A stretch of 64,000 bases of DNA from an uncultured Acidobacteriota bacterium (GTDB lineage Bacteria > Actinomycetota > Acidimicrobiia > Spongiisociales > ZC4RG35). Position 1 is the stretch's first letter; every line of letters starts with the position of its first letter. Below are positions 40,158-50,583 of the stretch, piece by piece. The notes under the pieces were generated by a model. It searched no databases and was not told the origin of the DNA. It worked only from the letters and a program-made list of their open reading frames with translations. The stretch is taken from NCBI GenBank assembly GCA_963828465.1, contig CAWHEU010000007.1, forward strand, positions 1-64,000. Direction: 5' to 3'. The position numbers and the translations under genes were made by a program.

Positions 40158-41027
40158 CTAGTAGCCGCTCAGCATGCCCATCTTTCTCCCGTACTCGAGT
40201 GAGCGGGAGAACAGCCAGAGACCGCCGGCGAGCACCACCACATTGAAGGCGAGGAGTGCGATGACTGCCATTTGGAACGGGACGACGAACGTGCCCGGGT
40301 CTTCCATGAGCACGGCGCGGCTGGCGTTGATGACATACGTGTGTGGGATGGCCCAGGACAAGGTCTGCAGCCAGGAGGGCAGCTGGTCGACCGAGAACAC
40401 GGCACCGGCGAGCAATGACGCCGCCATGCCGTACAGAGTGAGGAATGGCTTCGACCGCTTCGAAATGATGAGGATGGCGGCCGAGACGATCCCGATCGCC
40501 GTGCAAGCCAGTATCCCCAGCACGAGCAGGACAAGGAACTCCCGCCACCCGGAGGCCAGGTACTCCGCCCCGAGCAGGGCACCCATGCCGAGAATGATCG
40601 CCCCTTCGAGCACTCCCATCATTGTGTGCCAGAGATTCATGGCAAAGGGGAGGAACGTCCACGGGACCGGCTCAACCAACAGGGTCTCCAGCGAGCCCCG
40701 GTTCAGGGCTCGTTGCAGGTTGCCTCCGAACCCGCTCAACGCGCCCTGGAGAATCGCGGACACCGCCAACCCGAGTACGGCGAAGGTGAAATAGTCGCCA
40801 CCCACCTCGGCCGACTCACCGACGAGGTCGCCGATGAAGAACGAGACCAGCACCGGTAGGACGGTTCCAAGCTCGCTGAGAATGAGCGACATGGGGTAGC
40901 TGAATTCCTCGATGGCATCCATGCGGAGGAACGCAACCGCGATCGAAGGGGTGGGTCTGTTCGGTGAGCGCCGCTTCTTGCGACGCCCGTGCTCCGCCGC
41001 TTCGGGGGTCTTGGTCTCGACACTCAT
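40158..41027 (-). CDS. ABC-2 type permease
   Basis: About 6 TM segments, GSLETLLVEP, GAVFSVDQLPSWLQ, IPHTY. Confidence 0.88.
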   Translation of the reverse strand: MSVETKTPEAAEHGRRKKRRSPNRPTPSIAVAFLRMDAIEEFSYPMSLILSELGTVLPVLVSFFIGDLVGESAEVGGDYFTFAVLGLAVSAILQGALSGFGGNLQRALNRGSLETLLVEPVPWTFLPFAMNLWHTMMGVLEGAIILGMGALLGAEYLASGWREFLVLLVLGILACTAIGIVSAAILIISKRSKPFLTLYGMAASLLAGAVFSVDQLPSWLQTLSWAIPHTYVINASRAVLMEDPGTFVVPFQMAVIALLAFNVVVLAGGLWLFSRSLEYGRKMGMLSGY

Positions 41028-42028
41028 TTCGCTTGCTTCTCCCGATACATGTCGGCGAGGAGGTCGCGGAGCGGTCGCTGCACCTCCTGGAGGTGCACCA
41101 CATCGGGTGCCACCGTCTCGAGGACTGCGAGGACGTCGCCAGTGGTTGTCTCGGATGAGGTCAGGACCGTCGTCAGCTGGGATCCCTCGACGGTGATCGA
41201 CTCACCGAGACCGGCGGCGTCGATGAGCTTCCGGGCTTGACGGGCACTCTCGTCGGACTTGAACTCGATCTCGAGCTGCTCCCTGTCAACGAGGGCACGT
41301 AGCTCGTCGAGGTCTCCGTCGTACCGGATCCGCCCCTTGTCGAGGAGGACGACATGAGAGTGGAGGGCTTCGATCTCCTCCAGACGGTGTGAGCTGATCA
41401 TGCAGGCGAGCCGCTCTTCCTCGACGATGGAGATGATCAATCCGAGGAGCTCGTGGGCGGCAACCGGGTCGATGGCGCCGGTGGGCTCATCGAGGATCAG
41501 GACGCTAGGACTGTGCAGGAGGGCACGGGCGAGCTGGAGTCGGGCCCGCATCCCGGAGGAGAGGGCAAAGACGGAATGCTCGGCGGCATGGGAGAGCCCG
41601 ACCTTGGCCAGGGAGTCGTATATCCGCCCTTTGAGATCTTCACCTTTGAGTCCCTGCAGACGGCCGTGGAAGCGGAGGTTCTCGACACATGTGAGGCGGC
41701 CCAACAGGCTGACGTCCTGGCCTGGCATCCAGCCGACCATGCGTCGCACTGCGACCGACTCGTGTTGGGCGTCGTATCCGCCCACCGTGGCCGTACCGGT
41801 AGAGGGAGTGGTGAGACCGAGGAGGATGCGGAACGTCGTTGTCTTGCCGGCGCCGTTAGGGCCGACCACGGCGCAGATCTCACCGGGCCCAACCTCGAAG
41901 GTGATGCCGTCGAGCGCGACCACCGCGTTCTTGATATTGCTCTTCACCATGAGCTTCATCCAGGTGGGCGAGGGCTCGTAGACCTTGGTCAGGTCTTTGA
42001 CCGAGATGCTCGGATCGCGTTCGCTCAT
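41024..42028 (-). CDS. ABC transporter ATP-binding protein
   Basis: GPNGAGKTT, LSSGM, ILDEPT, SSH. Confidence 0.95.
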   Translation of the reverse strand: MSERDPSISVKDLTKVYEPSPTWMKLMVKSNIKNAVVALDGITFEVGPGEICAVVGPNGAGKTTTFRILLGLTTPSTGTATVGGYDAQHESVAVRRMVGWMPGQDVSLLGRLTCVENLRFHGRLQGLKGEDLKGRIYDSLAKVGLSHAAEHSVFALSSGMRARLQLARALLHSPSVLILDEPTGAIDPVAAHELLGLIISIVEEERLACMISSHRLEEIEALHSHVVLLDKGRIRYDGDLDELRALVDREQLEIEFKSDESARQARKLIDAAGLGESITVEGSQLTTVLTSSETTTGDVLAVLETVAPDVVHLQEVQRPLRDLLADMYREKQAK

Positions 42029-42160
42029 TTCCCTGTGAAACCCCTCAACGCCCAGGACGCCGCATCGAATGAAGTCGGCGCCGAATCAAGTAAACCACGG
42101 TTTGCGTGTGCGCCCCCCTAGACGAAGTGAGAGTGTAACCGCCCTCCGTGGTCAAACAAT

Positions 42161-43609
42161 ATGCAGAACCCACTATCGTCCGGTCAGGAAGACGGGATCG
42201 GAGGGCATGCCGTGGGGGCGTGGAAATGGGTCTTGGTCGTCGGGGGGTTGACCGTGGCCCTGGCCGGCGGGTGGTTTCTCGGGAGCAGACTGGCGGGCGG
42301 AGGGGACACAGATCCCAACTCCCCTGAAGCGGCGACGCCCACCACACAGGGGCAGACATCGACAACACAGCCTGAGACGGGTCAGTCGACTCCTGTCACC
42401 GGGGCTGTCGACCCTTCATGCGATGTCCCACCCGGTCAGCCATACGTTGGTGGCCCGAGCGCCCAGTTGGTTGACCTCGGCGAAGTGAATGGGATGCAGG
42501 TCGAGGGTGTGGTGTACCCGCGGCCCGACTACCAGGGCGATCCGTGGACCATGTGGGGACAGGGCATCGCCCTGGACGATGGCCGTTTCGTCTCTGCGAT
42601 AGGCGACCATCTCGGCCCTGACGGGAACTCGTTCGTCTACGAGTACGACCCGGCGACCGGGTCGCTCGACACACTCGGCGATCTCCTCTCCTACGTCGAG
42701 CACACTCCGGGGGCGTGGGGATACGGCAAGGTCCACGGCCAGATGGCCGCCGGTCCCTGTGGTGAGGTCTATTTCGCCTCCTACTGGGGCACCAACCGTG
42801 ACCTCCAGTACGGGTCGTCCTACACCGGGGACTATCTCTTCCGACTCGATCCCGACCAGCGCACGATCGCAGCCCTGGGAGTCCCAATCCAGGAGCACGG
42901 TATTCCCTCGCTGGCGGGGTCGTCGGACCTGGGACTGGTATACGGCGAGGCGATCGACCCGATAGCGGAGGCTCAGAACGTCGACGCCGGCCCGTTCTTC
43001 GTCTACGACGTCGTGAGTGAGCAGATGGTCTTCGAAGGCCCGGCGTCGCCGCATTCCGGATTCCGAAACGTGATGGTCGATGGCGGGGGGCGGGCGTACT
43101 ACTCGATCGGCGCTGGCGAGCTGTCGGTTTATGACCCGGCGACCAACGAGGTGACGACCCACCCCCACCAGATGCCCGGTGACTGGCTCAGGGCCTCGAC
43201 CACACCGGCCGAGGACGGAAGGGTGTTCGCGGTCACCCGGGATCCCGACGCGTTTTTCGTCCTCAATCCAGACGGGTCGATCGAGGGCCTCGGCAATCCG
43301 GCCGAGTACACCGCAACTATGGCCATCCACCCTTCCGGCGATCGGTTCTTCTTCATGCCCGATGCCCACGGCGACGCCTGGGCATTCGGTGGCGCCCTCA
43401 CCAGTGTCGACACCGCGACCGGTGAGCAGACGGTGATGGCCGAGCTCAATCCCCTCACCGAGGAGGGTCTCGGGTTGCGTCTCGGCGGGACATTCAGCAT
43501 GGCGGTGTCACCTGCCGGCGACACGATCTACATGGGTGCCAACGCCGGACCGCTCGGCGCGGACGACGGCTTCGGGGAAGTCGTCCTCCTCGTGATCCAT
43601 CTCCCGTGA
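42161..43609 (+). CDS. Membrane-anchored extracellular beta-propeller-like protein
   Basis: N-terminal TM helix, T/P linker, repeated YEYDPATG / FRLDP / FVYD / VYDPAT blade motifs. Confidence 0.7.
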   Translation: MQNPLSSGQEDGIGGHAVGAWKWVLVVGGLTVALAGGWFLGSRLAGGGDTDPNSPEAATPTTQGQTSTTQPETGQSTPVTGAVDPSCDVPPGQPYVGGPSAQLVDLGEVNGMQVEGVVYPRPDYQGDPWTMWGQGIALDDGRFVSAIGDHLGPDGNSFVYEYDPATGSLDTLGDLLSYVEHTPGAWGYGKVHGQMAAGPCGEVYFASYWGTNRDLQYGSSYTGDYLFRLDPDQRTIAALGVPIQEHGIPSLAGSSDLGLVYGEAIDPIAEAQNVDAGPFFVYDVVSEQMVFEGPASPHSGFRNVMVDGGGRAYYSIGAGELSVYDPATNEVTTHPHQMPGDWLRASTTPAEDGRVFAVTRDPDAFFVLNPDGSIEGLGNPAEYTATMAIHPSGDRFFFMPDAHGDAWAFGGALTSVDTATGEQTVMAELNPLTEEGLGLRLGGTFSMAVSPAGDTIYMGANAGPLGADDGFGEVVLLVIHLP

Positions 43610-43627
43610 GTCGCCGGTCGGCTGGCA

Positions 43628-45268
43628 GTGGCGGCCCTGGTCGTCCTGACCGCGTGCACGTCCGGGGGCGGGGCGGGAACCACCGCCACGAGTGGGGCGG
43701 AGGCAGAGCCGGGAGGTACTTCCTCAGGCACCGCCGGCACCGTCGCTGAAAGTGGAAGCCTCACCTGTTGGACGGCAGCGCCCGGGGGCGGGGAGACAGC
43801 GATCGGCTTTTCCGATCAGACGGAGGCCCTGGGCATGGTGACACCTCTGGTCGGCATGTACGGGCATGCCGGGGTGTGGGGCGACTTCAACGGCGACACA
43901 CGGCCCGACCTCTTCATGGGCACGTTCGCCGATCGGGACACCGAGATCTATCAGGCGCGGGGCGCCGACGGACCCGCCCCTGACCAGCTGCTCCTGTCGT
44001 CCGACGCCAGCTTTGCCGCCGACGAGAGCCTCCCCGACATGTTCGCCAGGACCAGCGGTGGGGCGACCGCCGATCTGGACTCGGACGGTGATTTCGACCT
44101 GGTCGTCTCACGAAACTGGGACGACGACCAGCCTTCGGCGCCAGGTACACAGATACTGCGGAACGACGGGGGCTCTCTGGTCCCGGCCGGAACCGGGCTC
44201 CCCACCCAATTTGCCGGCCGGTCGGTTGCTGTCCTCGACTACGACCTCGATGGCCTGCTCGACCTGTTCATCACCGCCGATGAGGGCGGGAGTGTCCTGC
44301 TTCGAAACGAAGGGGACCTCGCTTTCACGGACGTCACTGTGGCGGCGGGTCTGCCCCAGGGCATCGTCGGACTCGGGGTGGCGGTGGCCGATCTCACAGG
44401 GGACCGTCGGCAGGACATCTTCGTGGCAGGGTCGAATCAGCTATTCGTCGCCGAGGGCGAGTCGTTCCAGCAGGTCGACAGCTCCGTTTTCGCCTGGCCA
44501 CCGATCAGTGACGAGGATCTGGTCACGGGAGCTTCGATCGCAGACGTCAATCGCGATGGTCTGCTGGACATCGCCGTCGGTCACCATTTCAACAGCACAA
44601 TCGACGATGGGGCCATGGTCCCGGTGCGTCTATTCCTCAACAGGGGAGAGGCGCAGTTCGAGGAAGTGACCGAGGCGGCTGGACTGGTCGGGCTCCCGAC
44701 CAAAGGCCCCCATGTCGAGCTCAACGACATGGACAACGACGGCTGGCCCGACCTGGTCGCCACGGCCTCGGCCGCAGACGGCACCCGGCCCGCTGTGTTC
44801 CGGCACACAGGGCTCAACGGCGACATCCCCATGTTCAGCGCTCCGGAGGGCTTGGGGAGCCCTCAGTACTGGGTTGCCGGGCCTACGGCCGACATCGATC
44901 GGGACGGACGACTCGATGTCTTTCTGGTGGAGTTCGACCCGGCACTGCCCTCACTGATGTTGCGCAACGAGACCGCGTCGGGCCACTGGCTGGAAGTTTC
45001 CATGGGCAACGAATTGGGATCCGGCCTGGGGTGGCGGATAGAGGTCTACGAGGTGGGCGCAGTGGGGGATACGTCCGAGTTGCTCGGTGCCCGTGAGATC
45101 ACAACCACTCAGGGCTACTCCTCGGGAGTGGCACCCGTTGCGCATTTCGGGCTCGGCGACCACGAGCAAGTCGACGTCCAGCTCAACCCCCCGGGCGATG
45201 GGGAGATTGTGATCCTCGAGGGCGTGTCCGCCGATCAACATGTGAGATATCCGGAGGGCTGCGGCTGA
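43628..45268 (+). CDS. FG-GAP (VCBS) repeat plus ASPIC/UnbV lipoprotein (CRTAC1-like)
   Basis: Lipobox LTAC; DFNGDTRPDL, DLDSDGDFDL, DYDLDGLLDL, DVNRDGLLDI, DMDNDGWPDL; AHFGLG. The true start may be GTG 43606 with an indel. Confidence 0.85.
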   Translation: MAALVVLTACTSGGGAGTTATSGAEAEPGGTSSGTAGTVAESGSLTCWTAAPGGGETAIGFSDQTEALGMVTPLVGMYGHAGVWGDFNGDTRPDLFMGTFADRDTEIYQARGADGPAPDQLLLSSDASFAADESLPDMFARTSGGATADLDSDGDFDLVVSRNWDDDQPSAPGTQILRNDGGSLVPAGTGLPTQFAGRSVAVLDYDLDGLLDLFITADEGGSVLLRNEGDLAFTDVTVAAGLPQGIVGLGVAVADLTGDRRQDIFVAGSNQLFVAEGESFQQVDSSVFAWPPISDEDLVTGASIADVNRDGLLDIAVGHHFNSTIDDGAMVPVRLFLNRGEAQFEEVTEAAGLVGLPTKGPHVELNDMDNDGWPDLVATASAADGTRPAVFRHTGLNGDIPMFSAPEGLGSPQYWVAGPTADIDRDGRLDVFLVEFDPALPSLMLRNETASGHWLEVSMGNELGSGLGWRIEVYEVGAVGDTSELLGAREITTTQGYSSGVAPVAHFGLGDHEQVDVQLNPPGDGEIVILEGVSADQHVRYPEGCG

Positions 45269-45292
45269 GAGCCCCGTCCTAGAATCGCCTTC

Positions 45293-46408
45293 GTGTCCGA
45301 TCTCCTCGCTCTCTTCGAGACGGGCTTCTTCACGACCGGGCTCCGCCTTGGTGTGCTGGCGCTGGCACTGGGCTGGGCCCTTCGATTTGTGACCGGCCGC
45401 TATCGACCCCCAATGCCAATTGCCGGGGTGCTCATCGCGATAGCCACGATTGGTGGCCTGTACCTCGTGGCTGAGCCACTCGGGCCTGCGGTCCCGGCCC
45501 TCGCAGCGATAGCCCTCGGAGTCCTGATCGTCCGCTTGACCCGGGCACCGGCTTGGGTGCAGATACTGGCTGCTGTGCCTGGTTCGGTGTGGCTGGGCTT
45601 CGGTGCGACTGTCACCGACCTGACCTGGGTTCGGGTCCTGATGGCGGTGCTGATCCCGGTCGGTGGATTTCTCATCAATGACTTCGAGACACGCAACCAA
45701 CGCCTCGGGCTCGGCGTCATCTACTTCACCCTTGCTGTGCTCGGCACCTTCGCCGCCGTTCCCGACACCGAACAAGCTCTGGTCCTCATGGCAGCTGCTC
45801 TGCCCATCACCCTTCTCGCCTGGCCCAAGGTGGCCGTCTCGCTGGGCATGGAGGGCTCCTTCGTGGCCGTGGGTGCATTCCTCTGGGTGGCGGCGGCTGG
45901 TGGGGGCGGCCGTCCACCGTCGATCGCAGGATCGGCGGCGTGCCTGGGACTGCTCCTCCTCGAGCCGCTCATCTTCCGACTTCGACCCGGCACGGCCAAT
46001 CTGGTGAACAGGGTTAGGCAGAACTGGCTGGGCGCAGTGGTGGCCTCGATCCCACAGTTCGTCTTGGTCGTGATCTGCTCGCGGATCGCAGCCCGGTTCG
46101 ACAACATGCTTCCCGCCTTGATCGTAATCGTCGCCGGCTACCTGATCGCCCTGGGTGTCGGGATCTACGTCGGTACTCGAGTCTCCGAGCCGGCAGAAAG
46201 CGCACCAAGCTCCGTTCTGAACTGCTTGATGGCGGGCACCATTAACATGCCCATCCATGTGGAGGAGGAGCCCGCGGGTTCTGAGCGCGCTCGTCGTCGG
46301 TGTCATCGTGGCATCAGTGATGGTGGGCGAGTCCTGGCTGCCAGCGCAGGCCCAAACGACCGATGTGACCGCGACCGTCGAAACCGATCCGGTTCCCAAC
46401 GGCGGTGA
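45293..46408 (+). CDS. Polytopic membrane protein of unknown function (C-terminus uncertain)
   Basis: About 11 hydrophobic segments and a VPDTE loop; the 150-nt overlap with phytase suggests the real stop is near 46200-46250. Confidence 0.7.
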   Translation: MSDLLALFETGFFTTGLRLGVLALALGWALRFVTGRYRPPMPIAGVLIAIATIGGLYLVAEPLGPAVPALAAIALGVLIVRLTRAPAWVQILAAVPGSVWLGFGATVTDLTWVRVLMAVLIPVGGFLINDFETRNQRLGLGVIYFTLAVLGTFAAVPDTEQALVLMAAALPITLLAWPKVAVSLGMEGSFVAVGAFLWVAAAGGGGRPPSIAGSAACLGLLLLEPLIFRLRPGTANLVNRVRQNWLGAVVASIPQFVLVVICSRIAARFDNMLPALIVIVAGYLIALGVGIYVGTRVSEPAESAPSSVLNCLMAGTINMPIHVEEEPAGSERARRRCHRGISDGGRVLAASAGPNDRCDRDRRNRSGSQRR

Positions 46409-47903
46409 TGCGGCCGACGACCCTGCCATCTGGCTCCACCCAACCGACCCGGCGCTTTCGACCGTCATCGGAACCGACAAGGAAGGCGGTCTCGCCGTCT
46501 ATGACCTCGATGGCCGTCAGATCCAGTATCTCGCCGGGATCCGTCCCAACAACGTCGACATACGTCATGGCTTTCCTCTCGCCGGGCAGCCGGTCGACAT
46601 CGTGGTCACCAGCGAACAGGACGATGAAGCCATCACGATCCACCGAGTCGATCCCCAGACCCGCCAGCTCGTCGATGTGGCCGCGCCGATTGCTACCGGC
46701 CTGGACGTTCTCGGCGTTTGCCTTTATCGCAGCCCCGAAACCGGGAGTTTCTTCGTCTTTGTCACTTCGGATGGGTCAGGGCCGGTGCGCCAGTGGCAAC
46801 TGTCGGACGGGGGTGCGGGCGGAGTGACGGCCACCCAGGTACGTGACATCTCCATGGAGAGCACCGCCGAAGGATGTGTCGCCGACGACGACCTCGCCTA
46901 CTTGTACGTTGCGGAGGAGGCAGTGGGCATTTGGAAATATGAGGCAGAGCCCGGCGGCGGCTCCTCCCGCGTCCCCGTCGATCAGGTCGGTTCGACATTG
47001 GAGGCCGACGTGGAGGGACTGACGATCTACTACGGGCCTGACGGAGCCGGCTATCTGATCGCGTCGAGCCAGGGCTCGGGGCAGTACGCAACGTACAACC
47101 GCACGGGAGACAATGAGCACGTCTCCAATTTCCAGATCGTCGATTCAGCTGCGATCGATGGCACCAGCAGCACCGATGGCATCGATGTGATGAGTGCTCC
47201 CTTGGGCGCCGGATTTCCCAACGGGCTATTCGTGGCGCAGGACGGGGACAACGATTCGGGGAACCAGAATTTCAAGCTCGTTCCTTGGGATGTCGTGGCC
47301 GGGGCTCCCAATCCGGCTCTTGCCATCGAGACGGGCTGGAACCCGCGTGGGGACAGCCCGACGAACCTGCCACATGTGCCGCTGCCCTCCGACATCGCCA
47401 CCACACCTTCGAACTGGTCGGTGGGTCGGACCGCCGTATCGGCCGCGGAGGAAGACGGGCAATTGGCGACCGACGGCACGGTGGAAGCTGGAACCACGCT
47501 CGTCTTCGACTCTGACAGCACGGTGGCATTGGAGTTTCCTGGACTGAACGTGTCTGCCGACTCAGCCGTCAGGAGCGCCCACGTCCAGTTCACCGCCACC
47601 GGGGTCGATGATTCCGACCTGGTCCTGTCCATCCACGGCGTCATCGACGAGGGCGGCGCAGAGACAGGGGCCGTGACCTGGGCGCCCGCGGGATGGGACG
47701 CCGACGAGCGCGGTGTCTTTCAGCAGACTCCAGACTTGTCGGCGATCATTATGGAGATCGTCGCGTCGCCAGGATGGGAGCCCGGAGGAAGCCTGAGGTT
47801 GGTCCTACGAGCGGAGGGGGCAGGACGGCGAGCGGCCGTTGCCTTCGAGGGAGACGCTGGGCAGGCTCCTGGACTTCGTCTCGAATACGCGGAGGGCAGA
47901 TGA
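46257..47903 (+). CDS. Beta-propeller phytase with an extra C-terminal beta domain
   Basis: Signal peptide; DAADDPAIW, GTDK, NNVD, EGCVADD, DVEGL, ASSQG, TDG, AQDG, QNFK. Confidence 0.9.
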   Translation: MWRRSPRVLSALVVGVIVASVMVGESWLPAQAQTTDVTATVETDPVPNGGDAADDPAIWLHPTDPALSTVIGTDKEGGLAVYDLDGRQIQYLAGIRPNNVDIRHGFPLAGQPVDIVVTSEQDDEAITIHRVDPQTRQLVDVAAPIATGLDVLGVCLYRSPETGSFFVFVTSDGSGPVRQWQLSDGGAGGVTATQVRDISMESTAEGCVADDDLAYLYVAEEAVGIWKYEAEPGGGSSRVPVDQVGSTLEADVEGLTIYYGPDGAGYLIASSQGSGQYATYNRTGDNEHVSNFQIVDSAAIDGTSSTDGIDVMSAPLGAGFPNGLFVAQDGDNDSGNQNFKLVPWDVVAGAPNPALAIETGWNPRGDSPTNLPHVPLPSDIATTPSNWSVGRTAVSAAEEDGQLATDGTVEAGTTLVFDSDSTVALEFPGLNVSADSAVRSAHVQFTATGVDDSDLVLSIHGVIDEGGAETGAVTWAPAGWDADERGVFQQTPDLSAIIMEIVASPGWEPGGSLRLVLRAEGAGRRAAVAFEGDAGQAPGLRLEYAEGR

Positions 47904-49471
47904 ACGGCGAAAACATGAACGGCGATGACGCCACACCGAGGGACAACCGACAAACGATCATCATTGTCCTGGCGGTGGTGCTCACGATCCTGGTTGGCCT
48001 GGTGATCGGCTTCCTCGCCACGGGCGGTCTTTCGCAGGAGCCTGCGGCGGCCCCGACCACCACCCCGGCGCCGCCTGTCTCGGTCGACGCGCCATCGACC
48101 ACGGCTGTCGCGCCAACTTCACCGACCGTCTCCATGCCCCCGGGCCAACTTGCCGTCACGGCCAGTGAGGACACCTCCGTCAACAGTGGCCAACCGGAGG
48201 AGATCAACGGATTCGAAGACGTGCTCGAGATAGAGAACGACCCGCCCGAGAACAAGCAGGCCCTGATTCGCTTCGTTGTCGGCGACATCCCCGAGGGTGA
48301 GACGCTCCAGAGCGTTTCGATGCGGCTCTTCGTGATAGCGGACAGCGATGAGGTGGTCACGGTTCACACGGTAGAAGGCCCGTGGACACAGGCCGACGCA
48401 ACCGGGGCGAACGCTCCCGCGGTTGGGGCTCAGATCGCCGCCATTCCTCCCGGAACTGCGGAGGGCTCCAGTGTGGACGTGGACCTCACTTCCGTCGTCC
48501 TGGGGCCGGGCACCTACGACTTCTATCTCACGATGACGAGCGACGACAGTGCCGAGTTCGCCGCTCTCGAGAGCGGGGCAAACGCTCCCCTTCTCATCCT
48601 CGACTGGGGCTCGGCAGAGGCTGCGGCCACGGAGTCAGAGCCAGTGGCCCAGTTGACAGGCACGCCAGTCGTACTCGCCGGTGCCGGCGACATCTCGGAT
48701 TGCGGGAACGATGGCGACACTGTCACGGCGGGCCTCATCGATGACGTGGTCGCCCAGGACCCTTCCGCCATCGTTTTCACGGCGGGAGACAACGTCTATT
48801 CGAGCGGCACGGCGGAGGAGTTCGTCGAATGCTACGACCCGACCTGGGGACGGCACAAGGAGCGGACCAGGCCGGCGCCCGGGAACCACGACTACAACAC
48901 CTCCGATGCCACCGGTTACTTCGGCTACTTTGGCGAGGCCGCCGGCCAACCTGATGAGGGCTACTACAGCTATCAAGCGGGCGACTGGCAGGTTCTCGTG
49001 CTGAACTCCAACTGCGGAGACGTGGCCTGCGAGACAGGGTCGCCTCAGGTGCGGTGGCTCCAGCAAGAGTTGGATTCTTCAGATGCGGCATGCACGCTCG
49101 CCTACTGGCATCACCCCCTGTTCAGCTCGGGGGACCACGGGGGCGATCCCGGGATGAGGGACCTGTTCGCTGCGCTTTACGAGGGCGAGGCAGATCTCGT
49201 GGTCAACGGCCACGACCACAACTACGAGCGTTTTGCCCCACAAGACCCCGATGGCACCCACGATCCGGTCGAGGGGATCCGGCAGATCGTGGCCGGTACC
49301 GGAGGCACGGGCAATCGCAGCTTCGACCAGGTCGCCCCGAACAGCGAAACCCGATACAGCGATTCGTTCGGGATCCTCAAACTGGCCCTTTACGCCGACG
49401 GATACGAGTGGGAGTTCATCCCCGAAGCCGGCTCGACTTATGTGGATGTCGGCATCGGTGCATGTCACTGA
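47900..49471 (+). CDS. Membrane-anchored DNRLRE(CBM96)-like domain plus calcineurin-like metallophosphoesterase
   Basis: TM helix, P/T linker, ASEDTSV..ALIRF; GDI, GDNVY, PGNHDY, WHHP, NGHDHNYER. Confidence 0.85.
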   Translation: MNGENMNGDDATPRDNRQTIIIVLAVVLTILVGLVIGFLATGGLSQEPAAAPTTTPAPPVSVDAPSTTAVAPTSPTVSMPPGQLAVTASEDTSVNSGQPEEINGFEDVLEIENDPPENKQALIRFVVGDIPEGETLQSVSMRLFVIADSDEVVTVHTVEGPWTQADATGANAPAVGAQIAAIPPGTAEGSSVDVDLTSVVLGPGTYDFYLTMTSDDSAEFAALESGANAPLLILDWGSAEAAATESEPVAQLTGTPVVLAGAGDISDCGNDGDTVTAGLIDDVVAQDPSAIVFTAGDNVYSSGTAEEFVECYDPTWGRHKERTRPAPGNHDYNTSDATGYFGYFGEAAGQPDEGYYSYQAGDWQVLVLNSNCGDVACETGSPQVRWLQQELDSSDAACTLAYWHHPLFSSGDHGGDPGMRDLFAALYEGEADLVVNGHDHNYERFAPQDPDGTHDPVEGIRQIVAGTGGTGNRSFDQVAPNSETRYSDSFGILKLALYADGYEWEFIPEAGSTYVDVGIGACH

Positions 49472-49476
49472 CTGAG

Positions 49477-50577
49477 ATGCCGGGCTCCCCGACTCCGCCC
49501 GTCGTCCTCCACGTACTCCCATATGACCTGGCGAGAGGCGCCCAGCGATATGCCCGAGCCCTTGTCGACGCCCTCAACGCCGAAGACGAGTCGCATCAGA
49601 TCCTGACTTTGTTCCGAGCGGATCCGGTGCTGCTTCGACCCGATGTCGAGCTCGACGTGCCGCGCGGGATGCTCCGCCGTCTCGGCCTTGATCCGCGAGT
49701 GGTCCGGCGGCTACGCAGCGAGGTGAAGCGGATCGCTCCAGCGGTGGTGGTGGCCCACGGAGGCGAGTCGGCCAAGTACGCCGCCATCGCCCTTCCGCGC
49801 GACTTGCCACTCGTGTATCTGAAGGTCGGCACCGCCCATCGGGCACTTCAGCGGAAGGCGAATCGGTCCCTCCACGGCTACTACACCCGACGGGCCGACA
49901 TCGTCGCCGCGGTGTCCAGCGACGTGGCCGAGGAGGCCAACCAGCTCTACGACGTGCCCCAGGATCGTCTTGTGGTCATCCCCAACGCCCGGGACCCGGT
50001 CGACTTCCCGCCTCACATCGGCGGCCGGGACGGGAGGGCAGGCGTCATTTTCGTGGGCCATCTCGATCCAGGGAAGCGTCCGGACTGGTTCATCGATGTG
50101 GTCGCGGCGCTGAGAGAGGATGATCTCGACTTCGATGCCTCAATGGTCGGAGACGGGCCGCTGGAGCAATCACTGGGCGCACACGCCGGGGAGGCGCGCA
50201 TCGAGATGCTGGGCAGACGCAGCGACGTGCCTCAGCTTCTCTCCGAGAACGACATCTTCGTGTTCACCAGTCTCTCGCCAGGTGAGGGAATGCCGGGTGT
50301 GCTGATAGAAGCAGGGCTCTCCGGCCTGGCCACCGTGGCGACCAGGGTCCCCGGGGCCCGGGACGTGATCGAGGACGGGGTGACCGGGCTATTGGTCGAC
50401 ATCGAGGACAAGCCCGGGATGACAGATGCTGTTCGGAGACTGGTCTCGGATCGGGCCCTGAGGGAGGCGATGGGTCAGAAGGCAAGGACGCGGTGCATGG
50501 ACATGTTCACTCTCCAGGCCTCGGTCGAACATTGGCATGACGTGCTGGAGCCATTCATCGCCCGCGGTCGGGCCTGA
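49477..50577 (+). CDS. GT4 glycosyltransferase
   Basis: VIPNA, KRP, EGMPGVLIEA, DGVTG. Confidence 0.88.
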   Translation: MPGSPTPPVVLHVLPYDLARGAQRYARALVDALNAEDESHQILTLFRADPVLLRPDVELDVPRGMLRRLGLDPRVVRRLRSEVKRIAPAVVVAHGGESAKYAAIALPRDLPLVYLKVGTAHRALQRKANRSLHGYYTRRADIVAAVSSDVAEEANQLYDVPQDRLVVIPNARDPVDFPPHIGGRDGRAGVIFVGHLDPGKRPDWFIDVVAALREDDLDFDASMVGDGPLEQSLGAHAGEARIEMLGRRSDVPQLLSENDIFVFTSLSPGEGMPGVLIEAGLSGLATVATRVPGARDVIEDGVTGLLVDIEDKPGMTDAVRRLVSDRALREAMGQKARTRCMDMFTLQASVEHWHDVLEPFIARGRA

Positions 50578-50583
50578 GCAGGC

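Noticed and set aside
42090-42105. AAACC-AC-GGTTT palindrome as an operator
   Set aside because: Too short and seen only once, so it cannot be distinguished from chance
46257-46408. Genuine 150-nt overlap of the membrane gene and phytase
   Set aside because: The tail is low-quality sequence and probably results from a missed stop or an indel
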